DNA of 48,601 nt from Nitrospirota bacterium (GCA_003246675.1 QJZQ01000143.1:1-48601); one strand, 5' to 3'. Shown: positions 1 through 9,670, counted from the stretch's first letter. The notes: a model not told the origin generated them from the letters alone. Made by a program: numbers and translations.

Positions 1-430
1 TTTCCCGCAACAGGTCGAGCTCTTCGATGGTCAGGTTGTCGAGATGTTCGAGGTTGTATTCGATGGTGTCGATGATTCTTTTGACCGGCCGCTGCATCGG
101 CCGCATAAAGTAGGTGGTGATGGTGGATACGATGGTGCCGAAAAACAACACGGAGCCGAGGATGATCCAGACCCCGCCGATGGCTTTGGCCAGGCCGGAT
201 AGCGGCACGTCGGCAATGCCCGCGGTGGTGAAAGCGGCGATGCCCCAATACAAGGCGTCGCCAAAGGAGGTGATGGGCGTCCCGGCCATTTCCCGCTCCG
301 CCAGATAGACCCCGCCCGAGAATAAAATCCACAGGAAGGTTGTCGCGTAGACCATTTTGAAAAAAGGCGTATGAAGAAAAATATCTCTGACAAATCTTTT
401 GAGCCGGGTATCTCGCTTGTTCTTTTTCAC
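1..430 (-). CDS. 2TM potassium-channel-family (Ion_trans_2) protein, 3' end runs off the window; non-canonical filter TTAGIAD
   Basis: Manual translation from GTG at 430 (G-rich RBS upstream) is open to the window edge: MKKNKRDTRLKRFVRDIFLHTPFFKMVYATTFLWILFSGGVYLAEREMAGTPITSFGDALYWGIAAFTTAGIADVPLSGLAKAIGGVWIILGSVLFFGTIVSTITTYFMRPMQ. This is a KcsA-like TM1/pore helix (SFGDALYW)/TM2 layout. Not in the ORF track. Confidence 0.85.
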   Translation of the reverse strand, partial: MKKNKRDTRLKRFVRDIFLHTPFFKMVYATTFLWILFSGGVYLAEREMAGTPITSFGDALYWGIAAFTTAGIADVPLSGLAKAIGGVWIILGSVLFFGTIVSTITTYFMRPMQRPVKRIIDTIEYNLEHLDNLTIEELDLLRE

Positions 431-721
431 GGTCCCCCCCCTTTTTTCAAATTGATCGCTGCCGGCTCGGGCTGGCTGCGCTCTCTTCCGTTGAGCATGG
501 GCATCGATTGATTATTTTGATCGCTTTTACTCTTGTCTTATTCCCTGTCTCCATCGGCGGGCGGCAGCCCACCCATTGCTCTCTGCAAACCTTGCAGCGG
601 CGGTGAGTCCTTTTCTTTATTCGGCATAAAAAATGGTATAAGTAACTGGGTTTAATGGCAAGGGCCGTTGGGGTTCCTGCCGTGCCCGCTACCGGAACTT
701 ATTTTACAGGAGAAATGCCTC

Positions 722-1458
722 ATGGCCAGCACCACGGTCAACGAAATCGCGCCGGATATCTTTCGCATCTCGACGTTCATTGCGGATTTCAATCTCGGAT
801 TCAATCAGTTCCTGGTGAGGGACGAGCAGCCGCTGCTCTACCACACAGGGATGCGCGGGCGCTGTTCCCGCTGGTGAAAGAGGCGGTGGCCACGGTGCTG
901 GACCCGGCGACGATCCGCTGGATCGGCTTCAGCCATTTCGAGGCGGACGAATGCGGCGCGATGAACGAATGGCTGGAGGTTGCCCCCAAAGCCGAGGCGG
1001 CGTGCGGCATGGTGGCGGCGCTGGTCAACCTCAACGATTTCGCGGCGCGCCCGGCGAAAATCCTGCAGCACGACGAAGTGCTGGAAACGGGCAAATACCG
1101 CTTCCGCTACCGCGCCACGCCGCAGGTGCCGCACGCCTGGGACGCGGGCATGCTGCTGGAGGAAACCACGGGCGCGCTGTTCTGTTCGGACCTGTTCCAC
1201 CAGGTGGGCGAGCGCGAACCGGTGACGGGGGAAAGCCTGGTGCCGCGCTTCCGCGAGGCGCTGGTGGAGTACAGCGCGGGCCCCTTCGCCAACTACATGC
1301 CCTACACGCCGCAGACCGACGCCATTCTCGCGGGCCTGGCGGACCTTGGGCCAAAAGTCATTCTGCCCATGCACGGCTCCGCATTCACCGGCGACGGCGA
1401 AGCGGAAATACGCGCCATGGCGCGAATGATGCGCGAGGTTCTGGGCAGCACCGCCTGA
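722..1458 (+). pseudogene. MBL-fold metallo-hydrolase (FprA/ODP-like di-iron domain), split by a frameshift near 853-860
   Basis: AGGAG RBS at 708-712, then ATG 722 [19 protein letters not shown]...[18 protein letters not shown], ending at TGA 875-877. The continuation [10 protein letters not shown]...SHFEADECG...PHAWD...CSDLF...PMHG is in the 655..1458 frame. Could be a real pseudogene or a sequencing error. Confidence 0.75.
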
Positions 1459-1550
1459 AAACGGAAGCCGGACCGGGGCGGAAAATCCATAAAGGGCTAA
1501 CGCAAAAAGCTCTCGGGCAGGAATTACTGAGTAAGGAAGGGGATCAAACA

Positions 1551-1579
1551 AAAAGAGCAGCTCATAGAGCCGCTCTTTT
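1551..1579 (-). terminator. Intrinsic terminator hairpin between convergent genes
   Basis: AAAAGAGCAGCTC-ATA-GAGCCGCTCTTTT inverted repeat with A/T tails; the single mismatch is a G-U pair on the minus strand. Confidence 0.65.
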
Positions 1580-1741
1580 ATTTATTTTGCATCCCCGGTT
1601 GATTGACGCCGGACGATTTCTTCCTGACGAAACCGGTATTCCTGCTTTGAATAAGAGGGACTAAAAGGCGGGGAATCTCTCCTTTCGCTTCCATCCAGTC
1701 ACAAATGGCGATAAGGCAGGGAAACCGGGTATCGGCTTGGC

Positions 1742-2587
1742 TTATTGTTTAAACATTTCCGCGGCGGTGGCGACGCGCTTTCCCCGGACAATCGGTTTCT
1801 CCTCCACATAATTCCATTCCTGATTCAACGTCTTGTCGCGCAGGCCGGACAGCAAAGCATTGAACGTTTCCACATCGGCGTCAGCATACTCAAAGTAGGT
1901 CATGAAGTCCTGCTCCGGGTCGATAAAGCGGGAGTGGTAGAGCTTCCGGTAGATGCGGTTGATGTATTTGAACCCAACCTCATTGTGGCCGAGATGACCC
2001 TTACCGAATATTGCGGGATTTGCAAAAAAATAATTCTGGCGTTTCTCCTGGGTGAGCGCCCACCATGCCGGGGTTTTCGAAAGCGGGAATACAACCACAT
2101 TGGGCTGGTCCGTCCCGGCGGCCCTCTTCGGCGCGTTTTCCTTCAGGCGCAGGAGCGTCGCCTCATCCGTGTAGTTCAACTGCCGCGTCACCGCGTATCG
2201 CGTTTTCACCCGATAAAAATCTTGCACCGCCTGCGTCACGGCCTCGACATAGCCATCGAGCCCTTTTTTGTTGAGGGACTCCACACGAATCAGGCCTGCC
2301 GGTGAGCCCGAAACCGGATTGCCGTTCAGCGAGTAGCCTGTGACGCGAATGAACTGCACCGTATCGGTTTTTTCTTTTTGTGGGCTGAAATCGTTGGAAA
2401 ATCCTGACGAGGCGTCGGCGATTTCTTCCGCTATCGAAGATAAGACGCTATCCTCCAGCGGCGCACTGGACTTGGGGAACAAGTAAACGAACGCCCCCCA
2501 CTGGCCCTGCGTAGCCCAAGCCTGCCCAGCACTCAGACTGAATAACAGCGCATACAGACAAACTGCTCGCAACGAAACCATCCGCAT
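1742..2587 (-). CDS. cld: Chlorite dismutase-family heme protein with N-terminal signal peptide
   Basis: C-terminal half has Cld motifs FPLSKTPAWWALTQEKR, GHNEVG (proximal His), IYRKLYHSR (distal Arg), DFMTYFE and EWNYVE. N-terminus is signal-like, ending AWA. Confidence 0.75.
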   Translation of the reverse strand: MRMVSLRAVCLYALLFSLSAGQAWATQGQWGAFVYLFPKSSAPLEDSVLSSIAEEIADASSGFSNDFSPQKEKTDTVQFIRVTGYSLNGNPVSGSPAGLIRVESLNKKGLDGYVEAVTQAVQDFYRVKTRYAVTRQLNYTDEATLLRLKENAPKRAAGTDQPNVVVFPLSKTPAWWALTQEKRQNYFFANPAIFGKGHLGHNEVGFKYINRIYRKLYHSRFIDPEQDFMTYFEYADADVETFNALLSGLRDKTLNQEWNYVEEKPIVRGKRVATAAEMFKQ

Positions 2588-2967
2588 AAAGCTCTCCCGG
2601 AATCAGGTGCACGGATTCCTTGATATTGTGAAGATTTCTCAATTAACCGTAACGCGGTCATGAATTTGTCTTCACTTATGTTGGGTTTTCCATCACGACG
2701 CGGGTTTTTATAAAAGTGTACATCAAAGTGTTTCCGTTTTGTGCCCAATTTGGAGACGAACCCAGCTTAACCCCTGACTTTTTTGACTTTCAGACCCTTT
2801 CAAACAAAGCCGTCCTCGGGCATTATCCGTTTGGCATGCTGGTTTTTGGCAAATCATCGAGGCGTCAGATCCTCTAGAGAGTTGCGCGGGCGAAACGCAT
2901 CGCATCCTAATTCTTCACGAATTGCGTTCAGTGGCAGAGGGTGCGGAAAGAGCCGCGAGGGGGCGGG

Positions 2968-3585
2968 TTAAATCAGCTGCTCGACCTTCCAGTCCACCGG
3001 CAGTTCGACGAGCTTGCCGGAGCGGGTTTCGTAGCGCACGAAGCCGTGCTCCTGACCGAACAGGAACAGGTCCCGCGTGACGGCGACATCCTGCTTGCAG
3101 TATTCGACGATCTGGTCGATCTTGCCTTCCTTGTACCATTGCAGGGATATGAGCCCGTCGGCGGATTTCTTCGCGTTCAGGGTGTGGCCGGCGAGGTGGT
3201 CCAGGCTCAGGCGGAAGCCGAGCTTTTTCTTGATGTCGACCAGCATGTCGAAGGTCTTGAGGTCCTGCAGGTCGATGGACGCTTCGGGCTGCAACACGGT
3301 GTAGTCGAAGCCGATGACGTTGAACCCCACCACCAGGTCGGCGGTTTGCAGTTTTTCGACCAGCTGCCTGGCCTCGTGCTCCAGATAAACGTTGTGCTTT
3401 TTTTCCAGGCTGTCCCACACCACGCCAACGGCGAGCTTCATGAGGTGGATGTTGCCCCAGCCGCCGACGTCTTCGGCGCTCTTCTGCGTTTCGAGGTCGA
3501 AATAGAGAACCCGGGGCTCCCTGGGTACTACTTCTTCGACCGCTTTTTCCTCGGACTCCTGAAATAAATCGAACTGTTCGGTCAT
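2968..3585 (-). CDS. RNase H-like DEDD 3'-5' exonuclease (YprB/RNase_H_2 family)
   Basis: Exo motifs YFDLETQ, VGFNVIGFDY, DML, YCKQDV. Start placed at MTEQFDLF (3585). Confidence 0.8.
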   Translation of the reverse strand: MTEQFDLFQESEEKAVEEVVPREPRVLYFDLETQKSAEDVGGWGNIHLMKLAVGVVWDSLEKKHNVYLEHEARQLVEKLQTADLVVGFNVIGFDYTVLQPEASIDLQDLKTFDMLVDIKKKLGFRLSLDHLAGHTLNAKKSADGLISLQWYKEGKIDQIVEYCKQDVAVTRDLFLFGQEHGFVRYETRSGKLVELPVDWKVEQLI

Positions 3586-3720
3586 AACTGGCGCTATTTG
3601 AATGGGGTTTTGGCAATTTTCAGTGGATGCCGTTACTTTACCACCGCTCAGGGCCGATGCCAATTTTTTTTCCGGGGACGGAGGGGCGGGTGCCGAGGGC
3701 CCGCAAAACGCGCGGGAGGC

Positions 3721-3747
3721 TAAAGTTTGCCGCTTCCGGGCCGATAT
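3721..3747 (+). promoter_or_regulatory. sigma28 (FliA) promoter of fliD-fliS
   Basis: TAAAGTTT-N11-GCCGATAT, a near-perfect FliA consensus, 46 nt upstream of the fliD ATG. Confidence 0.85.
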
Positions 3748-3793
3748 TGAACTGTAGATCACTTACTTTTCAATTCGTTTCAACTCGGCGGCC

Positions 3794-5398
3794 ATGGAAA
3801 CCAATTTCGGCTTCAACTCGGGCATCGACACGGCGGACCTGATCACCAAGCTGGTGGCGCTTCAGCGACGGCCGATCAACCTGGTGCAGACCAAAAAGGC
3901 CTTCGACGACCTGAGGCTGAAGGCGTTCAAGGACCTCCAGTCCGAACTCACGGCGTTTCAGGGCGTGGTGGGCAAGCTCAACACGCAAAGCCAGTTTCTG
4001 GTGCGGGAGGGCACGTTCGTCAACACCAACCCGGGGGATGTCAACCCGGTGGCGGGCCTGGAGGTCACAAGCCAGGCGGTCGCCAGCCAGTATGCGTTGG
4101 ACGTCACCCAGATCGCCAAGGAAACCAAAACGGCCTCGCAGGGTTTTGCCACGTCCTCCACCGTGGTGGGCTCGGGGACGCTCACCCTCACCATCGATGG
4201 GGTGGCCACAAATATCACTCTCGATGCCTCGAACAATACGGTGGAGGGCATCCGCGACGCCATCAACAACGCGGGGCTCAACGTGCGGGCCTCCCTCCTC
4301 AACGACGGCGACCCGGCCAACCCCATCCGCCTGCTGGTATCGGGCACCGAGACGGGCCTCGACAACGCCGTCAGCGTCTCCATCAAGGACGGCGGCGGGG
4401 TGGACCTCGCCACGTTCACCGAGACCCAGGGCGCGCAAAACGCTCTGTTCACCCTCGATGGGGTGAGTATCTCCAAAGCGGGCAATACCGTCACCGATGT
4501 CATCGAGGGCGCCACGCTGAACCTGCTCTCGGCGGGCCAGGGAACGCTCTCCATCTCCACCGACCAGACGGCCATCAAGGAAAACATCCAGAGTTTCGCC
4601 GACGGCTATAACAAGGTGATCTCGTTCATCAACGAGCAGCTCAAGTTCGACCTCGACAGCGATACCGAGGGCACGCTGTTCGGCAACTTCACCCTGCTTA
4701 ATATTCAGACGAACCTGCGTTCGACGGTGACCGGCCCCGTGGACGGGGCGAGCGGCACCTTCAGCTTCCTGTCGCAGATCGGTATCCGCACCGCCGCCGA
4801 CGGGACGCTGACGGTCAACGACACGGAGCTGGAAAACGCCATCGCGGCGGATATCGACTCGGTCGTCCAGCTGTTCACCGGCACCGGCCAGGCGAGCCAG
4901 GCCGGCGTCGCCTTTGTCGCGGCGACGGGCGCCACCGAAGGCGGCACTTACGACCTGCGCGTTCTGGGCGGCGTACCGCAACTGAGCGTCTCCGGCCAGA
5001 ACCTGTACACCGATGCGGTGGGCAGCGGCAACTTTTACACCGGGGCGGAGGGAACCGCCGCCGAAGGGCTCAGTTTCCGCATCGACAGCCTGGTGGATGG
5101 CGACTACGGCACCCTCACCTTCGAACCCGGGGTGGCCGAGAGCATCAACCGCCTGATCGAGCAGCACGTGGGCACGGGCGGAGGGAACCCTCTTGAAGCT
5201 GAAATCGACACTCTCACGGACACCCTCAAGGACTTCGACAACCAGATTATCGACCTGGAGGGGCGGCTCGAGATTTTCGAGGAAAACCTGCGGCGCGAGT
5301 TCGTCGCCCTGGAAGGCCTGCTGGCGCAGCTCGACTCCCAGCGCCAGGCGTTCACCAGCGCCATGGCCGGGCTCGACAACCTGTTCACGGGCCGCTGA
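3794..5398 (+). CDS. fliD: Flagellar filament capping protein FliD
   Basis: N-terminal SGIDTADLITKLV; GAQNALFTLDGVSISKAGNTVTDVIEGATLNL; C-terminal LRREFVALEGLLAQL; followed by fliS. Confidence 0.93.
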   Translation: METNFGFNSGIDTADLITKLVALQRRPINLVQTKKAFDDLRLKAFKDLQSELTAFQGVVGKLNTQSQFLVREGTFVNTNPGDVNPVAGLEVTSQAVASQYALDVTQIAKETKTASQGFATSSTVVGSGTLTLTIDGVATNITLDASNNTVEGIRDAINNAGLNVRASLLNDGDPANPIRLLVSGTETGLDNAVSVSIKDGGGVDLATFTETQGAQNALFTLDGVSISKAGNTVTDVIEGATLNLLSAGQGTLSISTDQTAIKENIQSFADGYNKVISFINEQLKFDLDSDTEGTLFGNFTLLNIQTNLRSTVTGPVDGASGTFSFLSQIGIRTAADGTLTVNDTELENAIAADIDSVVQLFTGTGQASQAGVAFVAATGATEGGTYDLRVLGGVPQLSVSGQNLYTDAVGSGNFYTGAEGTAAEGLSFRIDSLVDGDYGTLTFEPGVAESINRLIEQHVGTGGGNPLEAEIDTLTDTLKDFDNQIIDLEGRLEIFEENLRREFVALEGLLAQLDSQRQAFTSAMAGLDNLFTGR

Positions 5399-5436
5399 GA
5401 ACGCACTTAATAAACCGCTAAATCCAAAGGACATCC

Positions 5437-5844
5437 ATGACCACGGCCAACCTGTATAAGGCATATCGGCAGACCCAGATCACCACCGCAAGCCAGGCGA
5501 ACCTGATTTTAATGATGTACGAAGGCGCAATGAGGTTCACCCGTCAGGCCCTGGATAGCCTCGACGCGCAAGACCCGGCAGGAATGGTCCGCAACATTCA
5601 AAAGGCGCGCGACATCGTCAACGAACTCTCCCTCTCCCTGGATATTTCTCAGGGCGGAGAAGCCGCCGCCCGGCTGGAATCGCTCTATCAGTTCACTCTT
5701 TCGCAACTCACCCTGGCCAACATAAAAACCGACCGGGCGCCTCTGGAGGCCGTGCTGCGGGTTCTGACCCCTCTCACCTCCGCGTGGCAGACAGTAGCCG
5801 AGGGCCAGACGGAAGAAGCTCCCCTCACCCCGGCGAAGTTCTGA
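5437..5844 (+). CDS. fliS: Flagellar export chaperone FliS
   Basis: YRQTQITTASQANLILMMYEGA...KARDIVNELSLSLD...LESLYQF...AW; directly after fliD. Confidence 0.93.
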   Translation: MTTANLYKAYRQTQITTASQANLILMMYEGAMRFTRQALDSLDAQDPAGMVRNIQKARDIVNELSLSLDISQGGEAAARLESLYQFTLSQLTLANIKTDRAPLEAVLRVLTPLTSAWQTVAEGQTEEAPLTPAKF

Positions 5845-5889
5845 ACACCCCCGCCACCCCGCCTGCCAAGGCCTGCGGCTGATTTCGCT

Positions 5890-5918
5890 TTGACAATGCA
5901 TAATACTTATGATAAAAA
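5890..5918 (+). promoter_or_regulatory. Putative sigma70 promoter of sucCD
   Basis: TTGACA-N17-TAAAAA with TG extension in an AT-rich intergenic region. Confidence 0.5.
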
Positions 5919-5966
5919 CTGATCTCTTTTTTTAAGCGCAGTTCCACTCTTTTCCCCGGTGGGCGG

Positions 5967-7127
5967 ATGAAGATTCACGAGTATCAGGCCAAAGAAATTC
6001 TCGCAAAATACAACGTCCCGGTGCCGCGCGGCATCCTCGTTGACCATAAAAATCAGGCCGCCGAGGCCGCCAAGACGCTGGGCACTCCTGTCGTTGTGGT
6101 CAAGGCGCAGATTCACGCAGGTGGCCGCGGCAAGGGCGGCGGCGTGAAACTGGCCAAAAGCCCCAAGGAAGCCGAGACGCTTGCCGGCCAGATCCTGGGC
6201 ATGACCCTGGTGACCCCGCAAACCGGCCCCGAAGGGCGGCTGGTGAAGAAAGTCCTCATCGAAGAGGGCATGGCCATCGCCAAGGAGCTCTACCTCGGCA
6301 TCGTCGTCGACCGGGCCACCAGCCGGGTTCTCATCATGGCGAGCGAAGCCGGCGGCATGGAGATCGAAGAGGTCGCCGCCGCCACTCCCGAAAAAATTCT
6401 CAAGGAAACCGTTGACCCCGTTATCGGGGTGAAACCGTTCCTGGCGCGAAAAATCGCCTTCGGCCTCAACCTCGAGGGAGAGGCCCTGAAGAAGATGGTT
6501 CCCTTCATCATCAATCTGTACAACAGCTTCATCAAGGAAGACTGTGCGATGCTGGAGATCAACCCCCTGGTGATCACCGAGGACAACCGGGTGCTCGCCC
6601 TCGACGCCAAGGTCACCATCGACGACAACGCGCTTTTCAGGCAGAAACACATTCTCGACTATCGCGATACGGATGAGGAAGATCCGCTGGAAGTGGAAGC
6701 TTCGGCCTACCACCTCAATTACATCAAGCTCGATGGCAACATCGCCTGCATGGTGAATGGTGCGGGCCTCGCGATGGCCACCATGGACATCATCAAGCAC
6801 ACCGGCGGCGAACCGGCCAATTTCCTCGACGTGGGCGGCGGCGCCAACGAGGAGATGATTGAAAACGGTTTCCGCATCCTGCTTGGAGACAAAAACGTCA
6901 AAGCCATCCTCATCAACATCTTTGGGGGCATTCTGCGTTGCGATATCCTGGCCCGGGGCGTCATCGCCGCCAGCCAGAAACTCAATGTGCAGATTCCCAT
7001 TGTCGTCCGGATGGAAGGAACCAACATGGAGGAGGGGCACCGCCTTCTTGAAGAATCCGGCCTGCGTCTCATTGTCGCCAACGGCATGAAGGACGCGGCC
7101 AAGAAAGTGGTTAAATCAATCCAATGA
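5967..7127 (+). CDS. sucC: Succinate-CoA ligase beta subunit
   Basis: [56 protein letters not shown]. Confidence 0.97.
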   Translation: MKIHEYQAKEILAKYNVPVPRGILVDHKNQAAEAAKTLGTPVVVVKAQIHAGGRGKGGGVKLAKSPKEAETLAGQILGMTLVTPQTGPEGRLVKKVLIEEGMAIAKELYLGIVVDRATSRVLIMASEAGGMEIEEVAAATPEKILKETVDPVIGVKPFLARKIAFGLNLEGEALKKMVPFIINLYNSFIKEDCAMLEINPLVITEDNRVLALDAKVTIDDNALFRQKHILDYRDTDEEDPLEVEASAYHLNYIKLDGNIACMVNGAGLAMATMDIIKHTGGEPANFLDVGGGANEEMIENGFRILLGDKNVKAILINIFGGILRCDILARGVIAASQKLNVQIPIVVRMEGTNMEEGHRLLEESGLRLIVANGMKDAAKKVVKSIQ

Positions 7128-7993
7128 GCATTCTGGTAGACGAAAATACAAGACTCATCGTTCAAGGCATCACCGGCCGGGAGGGCCAGTTCCACTCCGA
7201 GCAGGCGATGAAATACGGCACCAAGGTCGTCGGCGGGGTCACCCCCGGCAAAGGCGGCCAGACCGTGCTGGAAACCGTTCCCGTCTTCAACACCGTCAAG
7301 GAAGCAGCGGTGAAGACGAAGGCCAACGCCACCATGATCTTCGTTCCGCCGCCCTTCGCGGCCGACGCGATCCTGGAGGCCGCCAACGCGGGCCTGGAGC
7401 TCATCATCTGCATCACCGAGGGGATCCCCACGACGGACATGATCGAAGTGCACCGGAGCATTCAGGGCACGGGCTCGCGCCTCATCGGCCCCAACTGCCC
7501 CGGCGTCATCTCTCCCGGGAAGTGCAAGATCGGCATCATGCCGGCGCACATTCACCGGAAGGGCAACATCGGCATCGTCTCCAGGAGCGGCACCCTCACT
7601 TACGAAACCGTGAGCCAGCTCTCCGCCCTCGGCTACGGCCAGTCCACCAGCGTGGGCATCGGCGGCGATCCGATCATCGGCACCAAGTTCATCGACGTGC
7701 TGGAAATGTTCCAGAAAGATCGCGGCACCAAGGCCGTTTGCATGATCGGCGAGATCGGCGGCACCGACGAGGACGAAGCCGCCTATTACGTCAAAAAGAA
7801 AATGACCAAACCCGTGATCGGCTTCATCGCCGGGCAAACCGCCCCGCCGGGCCGGCGCATGGGCCATGCCGGCGCCATCATCTCCGGTGGCCAGGGAACC
7901 GCGCAGGAGAAAATGAGCATCATGAAAAAGTGCGGCATCAAAGTCTGCAAGAGCCCGGCCGACCTGGGCAAGACGCTCGCCAACGCTCTCTGA
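7124..7993 (+). CDS. sucD: Succinate-CoA ligase alpha subunit
   Basis: [29 protein letters not shown], phospho-His motif MGHAGA; ATGA overlap with sucC. Confidence 0.97.
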   Translation: MSILVDENTRLIVQGITGREGQFHSEQAMKYGTKVVGGVTPGKGGQTVLETVPVFNTVKEAAVKTKANATMIFVPPPFAADAILEAANAGLELIICITEGIPTTDMIEVHRSIQGTGSRLIGPNCPGVISPGKCKIGIMPAHIHRKGNIGIVSRSGTLTYETVSQLSALGYGQSTSVGIGGDPIIGTKFIDVLEMFQKDRGTKAVCMIGEIGGTDEDEAAYYVKKKMTKPVIGFIAGQTAPPGRRMGHAGAIISGGQGTAQEKMSIMKKCGIKVCKSPADLGKTLANAL

Positions 7994-8012
7994 GTCTTTT
8001 CCCTCGATGTCC

Positions 8013-8033
8013 ACGGGGCCCAAAGGGCCCCGT
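8013..8033. terminator. GC-rich hairpin between convergent sucD and DUF1841-like gene
   Basis: ACGGGGCCC-AAA-GGGCCCCGT perfect 9-bp stem; no strong U-tract. Confidence 0.45.
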
Positions 8034-8042
8034 CGCTGTTAC

Positions 8043-8486
8043 CTACTCCGCGCTCTTTTCCGCATCCTCATAGGAAAGAGCACTCAATCGGCTTTCATAG
8101 TCCAGGGTATCGAACTGCTTTCCCCTGCGGAACGTCGTAAAGTACAACTCCGAATAGATTCCCATGATGACGTGCAGGCAATGGTGGCGGTCCATCCCCT
8201 GCCCCAGCAGCCGATTGAAGTTTTCTTCCACGAAGTCCGGCTGGCCCGCGTTGATCTGCTGATCCACGATGACGTGCAGGACCGTGTGCACGAAGGGGCT
8301 GACGATCTGCCCCCCGATCTCCTGCGGGTAGGTGGCCAGCTCGCCCTGCTTCCAGATTTCATTGAACTCCGGGTGCAGGTCCATGACCATGGCGATCCGC
8401 TCATCGACTTCATCCACGGTTTTTCCCGCGCTCCGGTCCGCCGCGACACGCAGGACGCGGACCTGGCTTTCTTTATCAAACTCCAT
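8043..8486 (-). CDS. DUF1841-like protein
   Basis: MDLHPEF...SPFVHTVLHVIVDQQI...RHHCLH resembles the DUF1841 HPE...NPFLH.LH..EQ pattern; AGGAG RBS upstream. Confidence 0.65.
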   Translation of the reverse strand: MEFDKESQVRVLRVAADRSAGKTVDEVDERIAMVMDLHPEFNEIWKQGELATYPQEIGGQIVSPFVHTVLHVIVDQQINAGQPDFVEENFNRLLGQGMDRHHCLHVIMGIYSELYFTTFRRGKQFDTLDYESRLSALSYEDAEKSAE

Positions 8487-8547
8487 TCGTTTACAACTCC
8501 TTAATTTCGATTTTTAGTCGCCCGGAAAGCGGGCATGTCTCACGCGG

Positions 8548-8832
8548 TCAGGGGGTTTCCGAAAAATGCGTCCTGCGTTCTCCCCCCGCGCCGCCATAAA
8601 CCATGAAAACCCGCTTGCCCTGGCGCATATGGTATTTTGCCCAGGCGGGGGAGCGCCCCTGGTAACTGGCGTCCGGGTCCTCTCCCTCGGCTTTTAAAAA
8701 ATCCGGATAATCCAAACCGGCATCATACACGTCGAGCAGCAGACAGTCGGTCTGAAAACCCTTGCCCCCCAGCTTGATCTGGCTCAGGAATTCTTCTATC
8801 TTGGCAGGGTCGTTTAGTTCCATAGGTTCCAT
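8548..8832 (-). CDS. Hypothetical protein (94 aa)
   Basis: ATG with AAGGA RBS and plausible composition; co-oriented with the next gene; no recognised motif. Confidence 0.6.
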   Translation of the reverse strand: MEPMELNDPAKIEEFLSQIKLGGKGFQTDCLLLDVYDAGLDYPDFLKAEGEDPDASYQGRSPAWAKYHMRQGKRVFMVYGGAGGERRTHFSETP

Positions 8833-9022
8833 TGAGTTTCCTTAAATTATGCGCCCCCTCTCAACCGGATGCAGGCGTTTGATTGAGACGGGGGGTTCTG
8901 TTATCCTTAGTCCTCGCCCGGCCTGTGCGCAACATGTTCCCTGGCCGGGTCCCATAATAACACACGCCGCGTAATTCCCGCCCTGCGCAGGAGATAGATG
9001 CGGCCCATTCGAGGTAAGATTC

Positions 9023-9376
9023 ATGGTGATCCAGGAAAACCTGCTGCTTCAGCGGGTGCAGCCCGATGGCCAGGGAGGAATCCAGTTACTCTACAAGGTC
9101 AACCAGTATGGCGTCTCGGCCATCAGCCGGCCCCAGGAGGAAATTTTCATGATCCACTGGGAAGTCGATGTTATTAAATATCACAACCAGCCCAATATTG
9201 CTTTCGAGCCCTGCCACACCACTGAACTGGCGTCCCGGCCCCTGCGATTCAACAACGACAAGTCCCTCAACGAATTCCTTGAGAAGGCCTTCAAGTACTT
9301 TGCTGAACTTGAGACCCTGGAGCAGCTCCTGCCTGAAAGCCGGGATACGACACGGAAATCCGAAATCGGGCGTTAA
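9023..9376 (+). CDS. Hypothetical protein (117 aa)
   Basis: GAGGT RBS before ATG 9023 and GC3-biased codons; no recognised motif. Confidence 0.7.
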   Translation: MVIQENLLLQRVQPDGQGGIQLLYKVNQYGVSAISRPQEEIFMIHWEVDVIKYHNQPNIAFEPCHTTELASRPLRFNNDKSLNEFLEKAFKYFAELETLEQLLPESRDTTRKSEIGR

Positions 9377-9379
9377 AGC

Positions 9380-9409
9380 TTGACAGATTCGACCCTTGTT
9401 ATTTATTAT
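9380..9409 (+). promoter_or_regulatory. Putative sigma70 promoter of the oxidoreductase operon
   Basis: TTGACA-N18-TATTAT. Confidence 0.5.
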
Positions 9410-9670
9410 GGTCTACTTTTAGCCAGCCCCTCCTGAACCTTTGTATCCGCCTTTTTTTCAGATGTCGGGGATTATACGGCAGGCGGGGGGAATTTTTCTC
9501 CCCCGAAACTGATCTTTAGAGTTTGTGAAGGTCTTTTAATTGTGGTACTTTCTCCGCGCAGACCTGGAGAAAAACAAATACTGAATAAACCATTACTTTT
9601 GGTTATTTAACAGGGCCGCCTTAAACCGGCGTCCCCGAAAAATAAGCTCAATTTTTCAAGGAGATGGAAC

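Noticed and set aside
31-393. Track ORF 31..393 (-) and 114..308 (+)
   Set aside because: Shadow frames; the real gene is the channel ORF starting at 430 in another minus frame.
655-858. N-terminal 68 aa of track ORF 655..1458
   Set aside because: Not family-like; the true N-terminus is in the 722 frame with its own RBS.
5967-7993. Citryl-CoA synthetase or ATP-citrate lyase instead of SucCD
   Set aside because: Lengths and motifs match canonical succinyl-CoA synthetase, and there is no citrate-synthase-like domain.
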